DNA of 24,000 nt from an uncultured Planctomycetota bacterium (GTDB lineage: Bacteria; Planctomycetota; Planctomycetia; Pirellulales; Lacipirellulaceae): assembly GCA_963847905.1 (NCBI GenBank), contig CAWKBP010000007.1, positions 61,222-85,221 of the forward strand, written 5' to 3'. Below the pieces are notes generated by a model. That model was given only the letters and a program-made list of their open reading frames with translations, made no database searches and was not told the DNA's origin. Below, in pieces: positions 8,553 to 17,970 of the stretch. Numbering within the stretch: the stretch's first letter is position 1; each line of letters starts with the position of its first letter. Position numbers and translations under genes: made by a program.

Positions 8553-9389
8553 CTAGCTGTCCGCCGGTTTAACTGATTCCGCTGGCGGAGTTTGCAGCCG
8601 CGGCAAATCGGCTTCCGTGACGCACAGCCGACGGACGGCCGTCGCGCGACCGGTTGCCGGGTCGACGTCGACGATCGTGCCGCAGAGGCGCACATCCTTC
8701 GTCGCCACGTCGAACTCGGTGGGGACACCGGTCAGCGTCGTTTCGAGCACGCGATCGATCCGCCGGCCGATGATGCTCTCGTACGGGCCCGTCATGCCGA
8801 CGTCACACTGAAACGCCGTGCCCTCCGGCAGGATACACTCGTCAGCGGTCGGCACATGCGTGTGCGTGCCGAGCACGGCGCTCACGCGGCCGTCGAGATG
8901 GCGGCCCATCAGTTGCATCTCGCTGGTCGCCTCGGCGTGAAAATCCACCAGTCGGACGCGAACGTCGCTCGGCAATTCGGCGAGCACGCGATTGGCCACA
9001 TGCCACGGGCTGTCGACCGGCTTCATGAACAGCTGTCCCAAAACGCAGAGGATGCCGACCCGCTCGCCGTTGCGTGCCGTGACCACTGCCCAGTTTCTCC
9101 CGACCGATTCGGGGGGCAAATTCGCCGGTTTGACGATGTTGTCTTCCCCTTCGAGCACTTTGTAGATATCCCGCCGACGATAGGCATGGTCGCCGAGCGT
9201 AATCGCGTCGACGCCAGCGCGCATCAGCTCGCGGTAAATTGCCGGCGTGAGTCCCGAGCCGCCGGCCGAGTTTTCCGCATTGGCGACGACCAGATCGAGG
9301 CCCTCCTCGCGCACCAGTCCGGCGACCGCGCGCTCGACGATCTCGCGCCCCGGTTTGCCAACAATGTCGCCGATGAAAAGGATGCGCAC
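8553..9389 (-). CDS. ymdB: YmdB-like (TIGR00282) calcineurin-type metallophosphoesterase / 2',3'-cyclic-nucleotide phosphodiesterase
   Basis: Family motifs are MRILFIGDIVGKPGR, ANAENSAGGSGLT, TLGDHAY, DFHAEATSE and GTHTHVPTAD. The gene lies directly downstream of rny, as in the Bacillus rny-ymdB pair. Confidence 0.9.
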   Translation of the reverse strand: MRILFIGDIVGKPGREIVERAVAGLVREEGLDLVVANAENSAGGSGLTPAIYRELMRAGVDAITLGDHAYRRRDIYKVLEGEDNIVKPANLPPESVGRNWAVVTARNGERVGILCVLGQLFMKPVDSPWHVANRVLAELPSDVRVRLVDFHAEATSEMQLMGRHLDGRVSAVLGTHTHVPTADECILPEGTAFQCDVGMTGPYESIIGRRIDRVLETTLTGVPTEFDVATKDVRLCGTIVDVDPATGRATAVRRLCVTEADLPRLQTPPAESVKPADS

Positions 9390-9494
9390 GAGTTGCTGCT
9401 CGATTGGAGTTTTTGCGTGAGCTAAACCGCCAGCGAATTGCCGAGCGAAAACCAGGGTTCTCTCAACTCTAAACCCTAAACTCTCAACCCTTTC

Positions 9495-11093
9495 TCACTT
9501 CGCCATTTCCGTAAACCGGGTTTCGCGGATCATGGTCACCTTGATCTCACCCGGATAAGTCAATTGCTGTTCGAAGGCGGTGGCGATGTCGCGGCAAATC
9601 TTCGCCGCGGTCTCGTCCGTCGTGTTGCGCGTGCTGGCGATGACGCGCACCTCGCGGCCAGCCTGGATTGCAAACGCCTGTTCGACGCCCTCAAAACCGG
9701 TGGCGATGGTCTCGAGTTCTTGCATCCGCTTGATATAGCGGTCGAGCGTCTCGCGCCGGCGCCGGGACGCGACGCGCTGCAGGCGTCCGCCGCGGCGACG
9801 AGCACCGTATACGGCATGTCTGGCCGGATATCGTCGTGATGACCGAGCGCCGCGTGGACGACTTCCGCCCCTTCGCCGTAGCGCTTGAGAAAGGTCGGCG
9901 CCGATCTGCGGGTGGCCGCCTTCCATGTCGTGGTCGGCCGCCTTGCCAATGTCGTGCAGCAACCCGGCCCGGCGGGCCAGTTCGGCGTCGAGGCCCATTT
10001 CCTCGGCCATCATGCTGGCGACAAATGCCACTTCGATCGAATGTCGCAGCACGTTTTGGCTGTAGCTCGTGCGGTAGTGGAGGCGGCCCAATAGCAGCAC
10101 AACTCGCTCACTGAGTCCGTGGACTTGTGCTTCCTGCACCGCCTCCTGGCCATAGCGCTTGATCTGAACGTCGATCTCTTTCTGCGTCTCGGCGACCAGC
10201 TCTTCGATCCGCGTCGGATGGATCCGGCCGTCAGCGATCAGCTTGTTGAGCGCGTTGCGGGCGATCTCCCGCCGCACGGGGTCAAACGCGCTCACGATCA
10301 CTACGCCCGGTGTGTCGTCGATGATGACGTCCACCCCGGTCGCCTTTTCGAACGCCCGGATGTTGCGGCCTTCGCGGCCGATGATCCTCCCCTTCATTTC
10401 GTCGCTCGGAATGTCGACCGTGCTGGTGGTCGCCTCAGCGGTATGGGCGGCGGCGAACCGCTGGATCGCCGTGATCAGCATCTCGCGGGCCTTGGCATCG
10501 CAGATCTCGGCCATCGCCCGCTCGCGCTTCATGATCAGCGCACCCTGCTCGTTCGAGAGTTCACGGTCGAGCCGTTCGAGTAGCATCGTCTTCGCCTCTT
10601 CGGGACCCATGCCGCTGACTTTGTGCAGCGTCTGCCGCTGGATATCGAGCAGATTGTCGAGTTCTCCCTGACGGCGGCCGGCGTCTTCGATTTTTTCCGC
10701 CAGCTTCCGCTGGTTGCTCTCGACCATCTTCTCCTGCTTCTGGAGTTGGTCGCCCCGTTGGGCTACCAAGTCCTGCTGCTTGTCGAGTTGCCGTTCACGG
10801 TCGAAGAGTTTTTGCCGCGATTCGTTAAGCTGTTCTTCGATCCGGGACTTCTCCCGCAAAGCCAGTTCCTTGGCCTCGACCTCGGCCTCTTTGCGACGGG
10901 ATTCGGCCTGCATTTCGGCCTTTTCCAGGATCAGCTGGGCCATCTTCTCTGCGTCACGCTTGCGCAGATGCCCGAGCAGCTTGAATAGCCCCATCCCCAT
11001 CGCCGCCGACACGCCGGCAACAATGACAATGGTCCAAGCATTCGAGTCGGGCGTCGTTTGGGCGACCAATAGCGATACGATCTGGGTGGGCAC
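9495..11093 (-). CDS. rny: Ribonuclease Y; ORF stays open but about 44 codons of the HD domain are out of frame as sequenced
   Basis: ORF 9495..11270. The GTG at 11093, preceded by AGGAGAG, gives an N-terminal TM helix ([21 protein letters not shown]). It is followed by a K/E/Q-rich coiled coil, a KH domain ([26 protein letters not shown]), an HD domain (RHSIEV...LLHDIGKA) and a C-terminal [11 protein letters not shown]. The expected HD-domain segment [45 protein letters not shown] appears only in the neighbouring frame (ORF 9560..9949). Confidence 0.9.
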   Translation of the reverse strand: MPTQIVSLLVAQTTPDSNAWTIVIVAGVSAAMGMGLFKLLGHLRKRDAEKMAQLILEKAEMQAESRRKEAEVEAKELALREKSRIEEQLNESRQKLFDRERQLDKQQDLVAQRGDQLQKQEKMVESNQRKLAEKIEDAGRRQGELDNLLDIQRQTLHKVSGMGPEEAKTMLLERLDRELSNEQGALIMKRERAMAEICDAKAREMLITAIQRFAAAHTAEATTSTVDIPSDEMKGRIIGREGRNIRAFEKATGVDVIIDDTPGVVIVSAFDPVRREIARNALNKLIADGRIHPTRIEELVAETQKEIDVQIKRYGQEAVQEAQVHGLSERVVLLLGRLHYRTSYSQNVLRHSIEVAFVASMMAEEMGLDAELARRAGLLHDIGKAADHDMEGGHPQIGADLSQALRRRGGSRPRGARSSRRYPARHAVYGARRRGGRLQRVASRRRRETLDRYIKRMQELETIATGFEGVEQAFAIQAGREVRVIASTRNTTDETAAKICRDIATAFEQQLTYPGEIKVTMIRETRFTEMAK

Positions 11094-11357
11094 GGTTCTC
11101 TCTCCTGGCGAAGTCCCCGTCGCGCCGCAAGCCGGCCGCAGCCGATGCGCTCCCGCGCGAACGAAGCTCGCAAATTTCCGCGGCGTGCCAAAAGCGGGGA
11201 CGAGCAGAGAGCATCCGCCGCCGAATTCGGTCAGTCGAATGCCGCATGACCAGCGGCCAACAGCCGCCAATCGCAGACGCGATTAAGAAGGTTTTGCAAA
11301 ATGGATTCCGCGAGCGCGGCCGCCGTCGGTCACGCTGCTACTCAGCCGTTGTTCCAC

Positions 11358-11435
11358 TCTTTACAGGTCTTTACAGAGAAATCCGCCCAGCGGAGAAATC
11401 GAATCAAGTGCGCACCCATGTTGGCAGCGCACCCA
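11358..11435. repeat. Run of three short tandem or near-tandem direct repeats in the rny-tilS intergenic region
   Basis: TCTTTACAG occurs at 11358-11366 and 11368-11376. GAGAAATC occurs at 11376-11383 and 11393-11400 (17-nt period). GCGCACCCA occurs at 11410-11418 and 11427-11435 (17-nt period). All were read directly from the sequence; function is unknown. Confidence 0.5.
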
Positions 11436-11932
11436 CAAACTTCTCCGCTTCCGCAGCGATTACCCGTATCGACCCTTGTCCGTAACCCTGTTGCGATGCG
11501 CCCCGACTTCCGGCCCCAAGGGGTTGGCCCACCCGGAAGGCAGCTTCGCACCACGTCGAAATCATCCAGGGTTCCGCCGACCGCGCACTATGAACGCTCC
11601 GGCCACCGTCTGCAAACCATCGTCGCAGCACAGCGCTCAGCGTCACCCACGCAGCCAACAAGGATTGAAACCCACGCATGTCAAGAGTGGTCAATGACTG
11701 ACTTGAACTCATCCACAAACCAACCAAAATCGCGCTGCATCCTGCTCGACAGCCCCTGTTGGCCGCCGATCAAAACACATCGAACAAATCCGAGCGCCAA
11801 ATTAGACGCCCGACGCATGCTGCACCGAACCGATTGGCCCGGCCCAACATTCGGCAGCTCTCCCGCAGAGAATCCTCCGCCTGGGGTTGCTGACCGTGAT
11901 GAATAACTAGGTATGAACCTATATAGTATCAA

Positions 11933-12991
11933 ATGTCCTACCTGCCGCAACCGGAGCCCGACGACAACCCGACCATGTCCGACGACGCCACCAACCTCGA
12001 AGCCGCTTTTCTCGAAGCCTGGCCGGCCGACCAGTGGCGCGATTTGCATGTCGTGCTCGGCGTTTCCGGCGGGGCCGATAGCGTGGCGATGCTGCGGGCC
12101 GCGGTTGCCGCGAAACAGCGTGCCGGCGGCGCCGGTCGAATCTACGTTGCCCACCTAAACCACGGCATCCGCCCGGTTGAAGCGGCCGAGGACGCGGCTT
12201 GGGTCGAGCAACTGTCGCAAACGCTCGGCGTTCCCTGGGAAGTCGGTGCGGCCGATGTACCGGCACTCGCTGAAAACCGGGGCGACGGGTTGGAAGCCGC
12301 TGCCCGCGATGCCCGCCACACATTTTTCCGACAAACTGCCGAGCGACTCGGCGCGAGGTTCGTTGCCGTCGCACACACGGCCGACGATCAAGCGGAGACC
12401 CTCCTCCATCGCATCGTTCGTGGTACCGGCCTCGCGGGCCTCGCAGGAATGCCAGTCGTCCGCCAGCTCTCACCCACGACCATGTTGGTGCGGCCGCTGT
12501 TGGGCGTTCGCCGCCGCGAAATCTTGCGCTATCTGACGGAGATTGGTCAGGACTACCGCGTCGATGCCACAAACGCGGATCGCCGCTTCACTCGCAATCG
12601 GCTGCGAAACGAATTGCTGCCGCAATTGCGGTCCGATTTCAATTCCGACGTCGACTCGGCCCTGGTAAGACTCGCTCAACAAGCCAGCGAGACAAACCAG
12701 TTCATCACCGCTGTAGCGGAGCAGCTCGTCGAGCGGGCCATCGTGATATCGGCGGGCCAGCTCCGCATCGATTGCCAGCAGCTCGCCGTCCAGCCACCGC
12801 TATTGGTCCGTGAAGCGTGCCGCCTGGCCTGGAGTGCCGTCGGCTGGCCGTTGCAAAACATGGGCTTCGACCAATGGCAGCAGCTGCATTCGCTGATTGC
12901 GTCCACTGCAACTTTCGGCTCCCTGAATTTGCCTCACGGCATTCGAGCGGAGCGTCGCGGCGATTCTGTCGAAATCACCAATCCTACCTAG
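11933..12991 (+). CDS. tilS: tRNA(Ile)-lysidine synthase TilS
   Basis: The PP-loop motif is LGVSGGADSVAML. Further family motifs are AHLNHGIRP, VAHTADDQAETLLHRIVRGTG and DATNADRRFTRNRLRNELLP. The start could instead be the ATG at 11975. Confidence 0.9.
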   Translation: MSYLPQPEPDDNPTMSDDATNLEAAFLEAWPADQWRDLHVVLGVSGGADSVAMLRAAVAAKQRAGGAGRIYVAHLNHGIRPVEAAEDAAWVEQLSQTLGVPWEVGAADVPALAENRGDGLEAAARDARHTFFRQTAERLGARFVAVAHTADDQAETLLHRIVRGTGLAGLAGMPVVRQLSPTTMLVRPLLGVRRREILRYLTEIGQDYRVDATNADRRFTRNRLRNELLPQLRSDFNSDVDSALVRLAQQASETNQFITAVAEQLVERAIVISAGQLRIDCQQLAVQPPLLVREACRLAWSAVGWPLQNMGFDQWQQLHSLIASTATFGSLNLPHGIRAERRGDSVEITNPT

Positions 12992-13165
12992 CATGCGCAT
13001 CACGCGCAGCCCCTCCGAATTATCTTGCCGCTTCGCTCGCCGCCCTCTACCATACGGTGCCCTAAATTACGATGCGGCAGTAGGTTAAGGCACGAGTTGG
13101 TCCCCGCAGGATGTGGGTCCGGCTCGTGTCCATGGATTGCGTTGCGCTTGGAGCGCGACGCGGCC

Positions 13166-16100
13166 ATGGCATGGAATTCGACTGCAACCTCCGCCGCATC
13201 TTGCGAAGGATTCCGCGCCATTTTCACCCGTTGCGTCAACTGCTGCTGGTCGCTCTTCATGTGGGCACTCGGCCTGGTGGTGCTGCTTGCGCTGACCTAT
13301 GGCGGTTATCGTTTTCTGCAGATCGACAATCAGATTGCTCGGGAATCCCAGCAAACTTTTGCAGAGCACTACAAGGGTTTGGATGTCGAGGTCGGCTCGG
13401 CGCGGCGCGAGCCGGGAATCGGTCTGTTCATCAACAACCTTTCCCTCGCCCAAAAAAGCCCCTCTGGCCGGCCGCAGCCAGTGCTCTCGATCGAGGAGCT
13501 GTACTTGGCTTGCGACGCAAGCCTAGAAGAACTCGTGTCCCACAAGCCGCGCGTCCGGCAGATCGTCGTGCGCCGACCGCGGCTCCATGCCGTGCGACAG
13601 CCAGATGGCCGCTGGAACATCGCCGCCCTCCTGCCGCCGCCCAAGTTCGGCGACGATACGCCGGAGACGCTGATTGAAGACGCGACCTTGATTCTCGAAG
13701 ATGCGACACACCAGGGCAGTGCACCACTCTACGTTCGCGGCGTCAACTTGAAACTAACCCCGGGCGAGCTCGCTTCAGCGAGCGGGCACCCCAGTTCGCG
13801 GCCCTTGTCAGTTTCCGGCACCGCATCCGGCGCCTCCGCGCGCAAATCACCTTCACCGGCACAGTCTCCCCCGACGACGGCACATTCGATCTCGCAATTG
13901 AAGTCGATGCGCTCGAACTATCGCCTCAACTGCTGGCTGCCATTCCCGGCCCCGTGCCGCCGGAACTGCACGCTGTTGAGCTCTACGCAAGTGCCGACGC
14001 AACCGTCCACGTGTCGCGGGCCACACCCGGTGCGCCACTCCGTTGGTCCACCGACGTTAAGGTCACTCGCGGTCGATTAGGCCACGAGCTCCTGCCGCAA
14101 CCGATCACCGAGCTCTCCGCCGACCTCTCCGCCGACTCCGACAAGCTCGTCGTCAAGCAACTGACCGGCAAGGTTGGAGCCGCCGACTTCGTGGTGGCCT
14201 GCAATCGCCAGGGTTGGGCGGCGAATGCGCCGGTCGGCCTCGCGGGCCGCGTCAACGGACTGGCGGTCAATGCGGATCTGCAGGCCGCACTCCCCGCCCG
14301 GCTGGAGCAGATCTGGCAGCGATTTCAGCCCGACGGAATCGTCGATGCTGAAGTGCAACTCACGTTCGACGGCCACCAATGGCGGCCGGAACTCAAGGCC
14401 AGCTGCCGCGGCCTCTCGCTGACCGACGCCGAGAAGTTTCCCTACCCCATCGCCGGCGCCACCGGCACCGTCGCCGTCAGTCGCTCACCAACGACTGGTG
14501 CTACGCAGCTCGACCTTGACCTGGTGGGCATGGCCGTCGGCCGGCCGATTCACATCCAGGCGAAGGTCGATCACCTGGCGGTGCCGAAGATTCCGGTCGG
14601 CGCGGGCGGCGCCGCGGGAGCCGTCGCGTTCGGCGATCTGTCGGTCGATGAAAACGGCGTCCAGCTCGCCGCCGCCACGAGCGCCGTCGCGCCAAAGCCA
14701 ACCGGCTGGGTCGAAGTCTCCGGCACCGGCGTAGCAATTCACGAACAATTGCTCGCCGCGCTCAAGCCAAAGGACCAGCTCTTCGTGCGCTCGCTCCGGC
14801 CGCAAGGGTTGGTCGATTTCCGCTGGCGGTGGGAGCGATCCGATCCGACCGCCGAAACGGGCGACACGGCGCTCGATCTCAAGCTCGTCGACTGTGCGAT
14901 CCAGTTCGACCGGTTCCCTTATCCAATCGAACAAGTAAAAGGCAACGTCACCGCGCGCAACAGCCATTTCGTGCTCTCCGACCTCACGGGCCGCGACCGC
15001 CAAGGTTCGGCCCAAGTCGTCTGCCAGGGACAGGCCGACGCGACCGACGCAGGCCTCGATCTCGCGTTGGTCGTGAGCGGCACCAATGTCCCACTCGATG
15101 AAAATCTAAAGCAGGCCCTCAAGCCGCAAGTGCAGCAAATCTGGGCCGACCTGCGACCGCAAGGCCGCATCGATTTTGTCGCCAATGTGGAACGACGCCC
15201 GGGCCAAATCGAGCCGGCGATTCGCGTCGAACTCCAGCCGCATGAACAGAAGCTCTCCGTCGAGCCGGTGTTCTTTCCCTATCGCTTCGAACGAGTCGGC
15301 GGTCGCGCCATAGTCACCGAGGGACGCGTCGATCTCCAGCAACTGCAAGGCATCCACGGTCAAACTCGCTTCACCGCTGCCGGAGTGTGGCAAGCGGAGT
15401 CCGACGGCGGCTGGCAACTCGTGTTGAACGCTCTCAACGCCGATCGCCTCGCCTTTGAGCCCGACTTCCTTCGCGCCGTGCCCCTCGGCGTGCAGAAGGT
15501 GCTCGATCGCATTCGCCCGACCGGCAACTTCAATCTCTACAATTCCACGCTCCGGTTCGTTCGCGGCACTGCCGCATCGCAGGTCGCCGCCCAGTGGGAT
15601 TTGCAGCTGGCCTGCCACCAGGCGTCGCTCCGCGGCGATGTGCCGCTCGACAATCTGACCGGCGGCGTCCGCGTCATGGGCACCAGCGACGGAACGAACG
15701 TCGTCTCTTACGGCGAACTGGCGATCGACTCGCTGATTTGGAACGACATCCAATTCACCAACGTCCACGGTCCCTACTGGAGCGACACCGCCGTTTGTTA
15801 CTTCGGTCAGGGTGCCACTGCCAAGCTGGCCCAGCCGCCGCGGCGGATGACGGCCGATGTGTACGGCGGCTCCGTCACCTACGACACGGTTCTCCAACAC
15901 GCCGCGCAAGCCCGCTACAACACCGAAATCTCCCTCGCCGGCATCGACCTCGGCCGCTTCATCCGCGAACGCATGGGCGGGTCGAGTGATATCACGGGCA
16001 CCGTCATTGGTACGCTCTCGCTGAGCGGCACCGGCCGCTCGACGAATTCGCTCGGCGGACATGGCGAGATGCATGTGATCGACGCCAACATCTACGAGCT

Positions 16101-16536
16101 GCCCCCGCTCGTGGCGATGCTGAGCGTCCTGCGCAACCGTATTCCCAAGAGCACGGCATTTAATCGTTGCGACATGCAGTTCGACGTCGTGGGTGAAAAC
16201 ATCCACTTTAATACGCTCAATCTGCTCGGCGACGCGGCCAGTTTGTACGGCCGCGGACAGACAAATTTCGACCGCCGGCTCGATCTGACGTTCTATACTT
16301 TGTTGGGGCCCGCCGATCTGCCGATCCCGTTGTGGAACACGGTCGCCGGACACCTCAGCGAACAAGGGTTGCAGATCAAGGTGGCGGGCACCTGGGACAA
16401 CCCGCAGATTCATCGCGAAGCGTTTCCGATGATCAACCAAATGATCGGTGAACTCCAGAACGGAGCCCAGCAGGGAGCAGCCGCCGTCGCCCCGCCGGCC
16501 GCGGCCGGAATCCCCTGGGTCACCCCACCAAGGTAA
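13166..16536 (+). pseudogene. Large membrane-anchored AsmA-like (AsmA C-terminal domain) protein, about 1120 aa; frame broken as sequenced near 13830-13850
   Basis: The N-terminal part is in frame 2 (ORF 13025..14080). The ATG at 13166 gives the TM anchor LFMWALGLVVLLALTYGGY. The remainder is in frame 1 (ORF 13954..16536, open further upstream: ...LRAQITFTGTVSPDDGTFDLAIEVDALELSPQLLAAIPGPVPPELH). The C-terminus (GTLSLSGTGRSTNSLGGHGEMHVIDANIYELPPLVAMLSVL...FNRCDMQFDVVGENIHFNTLNLLGDAASLYGRGQTNFDRRLDLTF) matches my memory of the AsmA_2 domain pattern. Confidence 0.7.
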
Positions 16537-16566
16537 AGGTCACATTCACATCGCAGGAGGTCGACA

Positions 16567-16899
16567 ATGAGCGTCGGATCACTGGGTGGATTGATAGGCA
16601 GCGCCGCCGGCGTGCCGCGTTCGCAGACCGGAGGCGGCGAAGCCGAGCGCGCGAGCCGCGAGACCGCCGCTCAATCGCGGGAGACGGACGGAGCCGCTCG
16701 CTCCGAAAAAGCAGCCGGCATCGGCACCACAGAACAGGACCAAGGGACCTCGGAGCGCGACGCGGACGGCCGCCGCCTCTGGGAAGCGCCCCCGGAAAAG
16801 AAGCAGGACGAAGCCGCCAACCCCAATGGCGCCGACGCCCAACACCAAAGCCGCGACCTCTCGGGCGAATGCGGCACCCATCTCGACCTCACCGGCTGA
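16567..16899 (+). CDS. Small acidic, low-complexity (probably disordered) protein, 110 aa
   Basis: A perfect AGGAGG (16555-16560) lies 6 nt before the ATG, which is 30 nt after the AsmA-like stop. The composition is rich in E/D/A/G/S/T/Q/R with no hydrophobic core, and includes SERDADGRRLWEAPPEKKQDE. I am not certain of any family. Confidence 0.55.
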   Translation: MSVGSLGGLIGSAAGVPRSQTGGGEAERASRETAAQSRETDGAARSEKAAGIGTTEQDQGTSERDADGRRLWEAPPEKKQDEAANPNGADAQHQSRDLSGECGTHLDLTG

Positions 16900-16963
16900 C
16901 CGATCGAACTCGTGTCGTTCGTCGGTTGTCTTAAGGAATGGTTTGGTGGAGAATTGCTAGTCT

Positions 16964-17042
16964 AGCCGGCGAGCTACGCCTCGCCGGACCACCAATAAGC
17001 CAATTCCCCAATCCCCTTCCGGCGAGACGTAGCTCGCCGGCT
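16964..17042. repeat. Twin-hairpin inverted repeat between the small acidic ORF and dapF
   Basis: Two local hairpins each have an 8-bp stem and 6-nt loop: CCGGCGAG-CTACGC-CTCGCCGG (16966-16987) and CCGGCGAG-ACGTAG-CTCGCCGG (17019-17040). The two units are also inverted copies of each other: 16964-16988 pairs with 17018-17042 at 24 of 25 positions. The element ends 33 nt before the dapF ATG. Confidence 0.7.
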
Positions 17043-17074
17043 GCTTTCTTTCCGTAACAGCGACTCCCCTCCCC

Positions 17075-17926
17075 ATGCAATTCACCAAGATGCACGGCGC
17101 GGGCAACGACTATATCTACGTCGATTGCTTCGCCGAACCCACTCCGGGCGATCCCGCCGACCTGGCCCGCCGCATGTCCGATCGCCGCTTCGGCATCGGC
17201 GGCGACGGCCTGATCCTGATCTGCCCCACCGACTCGGCCGACGCCGAGATGCGGATGTTCAACGCCGACGGCTCCCCCTCGGAGATGTGTGGCAACGGCA
17301 TCCGCTGCGTCGCCAAATATGTCTACGACCACGGGGTGTCGCGTCGCAACCCGCTCACCATCGCCTCGGCCGGCCGGATTTTTACGCTGGAGCTGAATCT
17401 CGAGCGTGGTAGCGTCGCTTCGGTCCGTGTCGACATGGGCGAACCGATCTTGACCCCGGCCGCGATTCCGACGAATCTTCGCTCGCCCCGCGGGCCGGAG
17501 GAACCGGTCGTCGACGTGCCGATCGCCGTCGGTGGCCGCGAGTTTCACGTGACCACCGTCTCGATGGGCAACCCCCATTGCGTGACGTTCGATCTGGAAC
17601 TTGCGGACGACAACGTGCTGGGCATCGGGCCGAAATTGGAAGTCGACGAGCATTTCCCCAAACGTGTGAACTGCGAGTTTGTCGCGGTCGAGAGCCGCAG
17701 CGAATTGCGACAACGCACTTGGGAACGCGGGTCGGGTGAAACATTTGCCTGTGGAACCGGCGCCTGTGCTGTCTGCGTGGCGGGCGTGCTCACCGGCCGC
17801 AGCGACCGCAACGTCGTGATCCACTTGCTCGGCGGCGATTTGGCGATCGAATGGAACGAAGACAACAACCATGTGTATATGACCGGCCCCGCGGTCGAAG
17901 TATTTAACGGCCGCTGGCCCGACTAG
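17075..17926 (+). CDS. dapF: Diaminopimelate epimerase DapF
   Basis: The N-terminus is [17 protein letters not shown]. Both catalytic Cys motifs are present: [16 protein letters not shown] and [16 protein letters not shown]. Confidence 0.95.
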   Translation: MQFTKMHGAGNDYIYVDCFAEPTPGDPADLARRMSDRRFGIGGDGLILICPTDSADAEMRMFNADGSPSEMCGNGIRCVAKYVYDHGVSRRNPLTIASAGRIFTLELNLERGSVASVRVDMGEPILTPAAIPTNLRSPRGPEEPVVDVPIAVGGREFHVTTVSMGNPHCVTFDLELADDNVLGIGPKLEVDEHFPKRVNCEFVAVESRSELRQRTWERGSGETFACGTGACAVCVAGVLTGRSDRNVVIHLLGGDLAIEWNEDNNHVYMTGPAVEVFNGRWPD

Positions 17927-17970
17927 AAAAAGAAATCCACTCCTGACTCCCGTATCCCGGCTCCTCCTCC

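Noticed and set aside
7392-9425. Plus-strand ORFs 7392..8210 (272 aa) and 8592..9425 (277 aa)
   Set aside because: They are antisense shadows of mgtE and ymdB. Their translations are Arg/His/Asp-rich with no motifs.
9454-9494. Repeat cluster right after the rny stop (CTCTCAAC x2 and CTAAAC x2; on the gene strand GTTTAGGGTTTAGAG, telomere-like), enclosed by AGGGTT/AACCCT and followed by GGUUUUCG
   Set aside because: There are only two copies of each short word. The stem is just 6 bp with a 24-nt loop, so at best it is a weak attenuator between rny and ymdB and could be chance.
11301-11906. 201-aa + strand ORF, plus minus-strand ORFs 11404..11727 and 11681..12154, in the rny-tilS spacer
   Set aside because: They have mixed third-position composition unlike real genes here and no SD sequence. 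Their Pro/Ser/Thr/Arg-rich sequences are motif-less, and one overlaps the tilS start. I treat them as noncoding, though a BLASTX check is warranted.
11094-11932. Possible housekeeping RNA (RNase P RNA, tmRNA, SRP RNA, tRNA) in the long spacer
   Set aside because: Partial look-alikes are present (ACAGAGAAATCCGCC, GCGAAGTCCCCG, CCCGGAAGGCAGC). The diagnostic elements are absent on either strand: GGAAAGTCCGGGC, the ACAGAACCCGGCTTA-type 3' motif, a GGTTCGA T-loop with CCA end, and the SRP domain IV pairing. Only a covariance-model search could settle this.
15106-16440. 444-aa minus-strand ORF inside the AsmA-like gene
   Set aside because: It is a shadow ORF of a high-GC gene. The + strand carries the AsmA-like C-terminal domain and has the stronger G/C third-position bias.
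16931-17872. 313-aa minus-strand ORF opposite dapF
   Set aside because: The + strand encodes unmistakable DapF with both catalytic Cys motifs. The minus ORF also runs through the intergenic hairpins.
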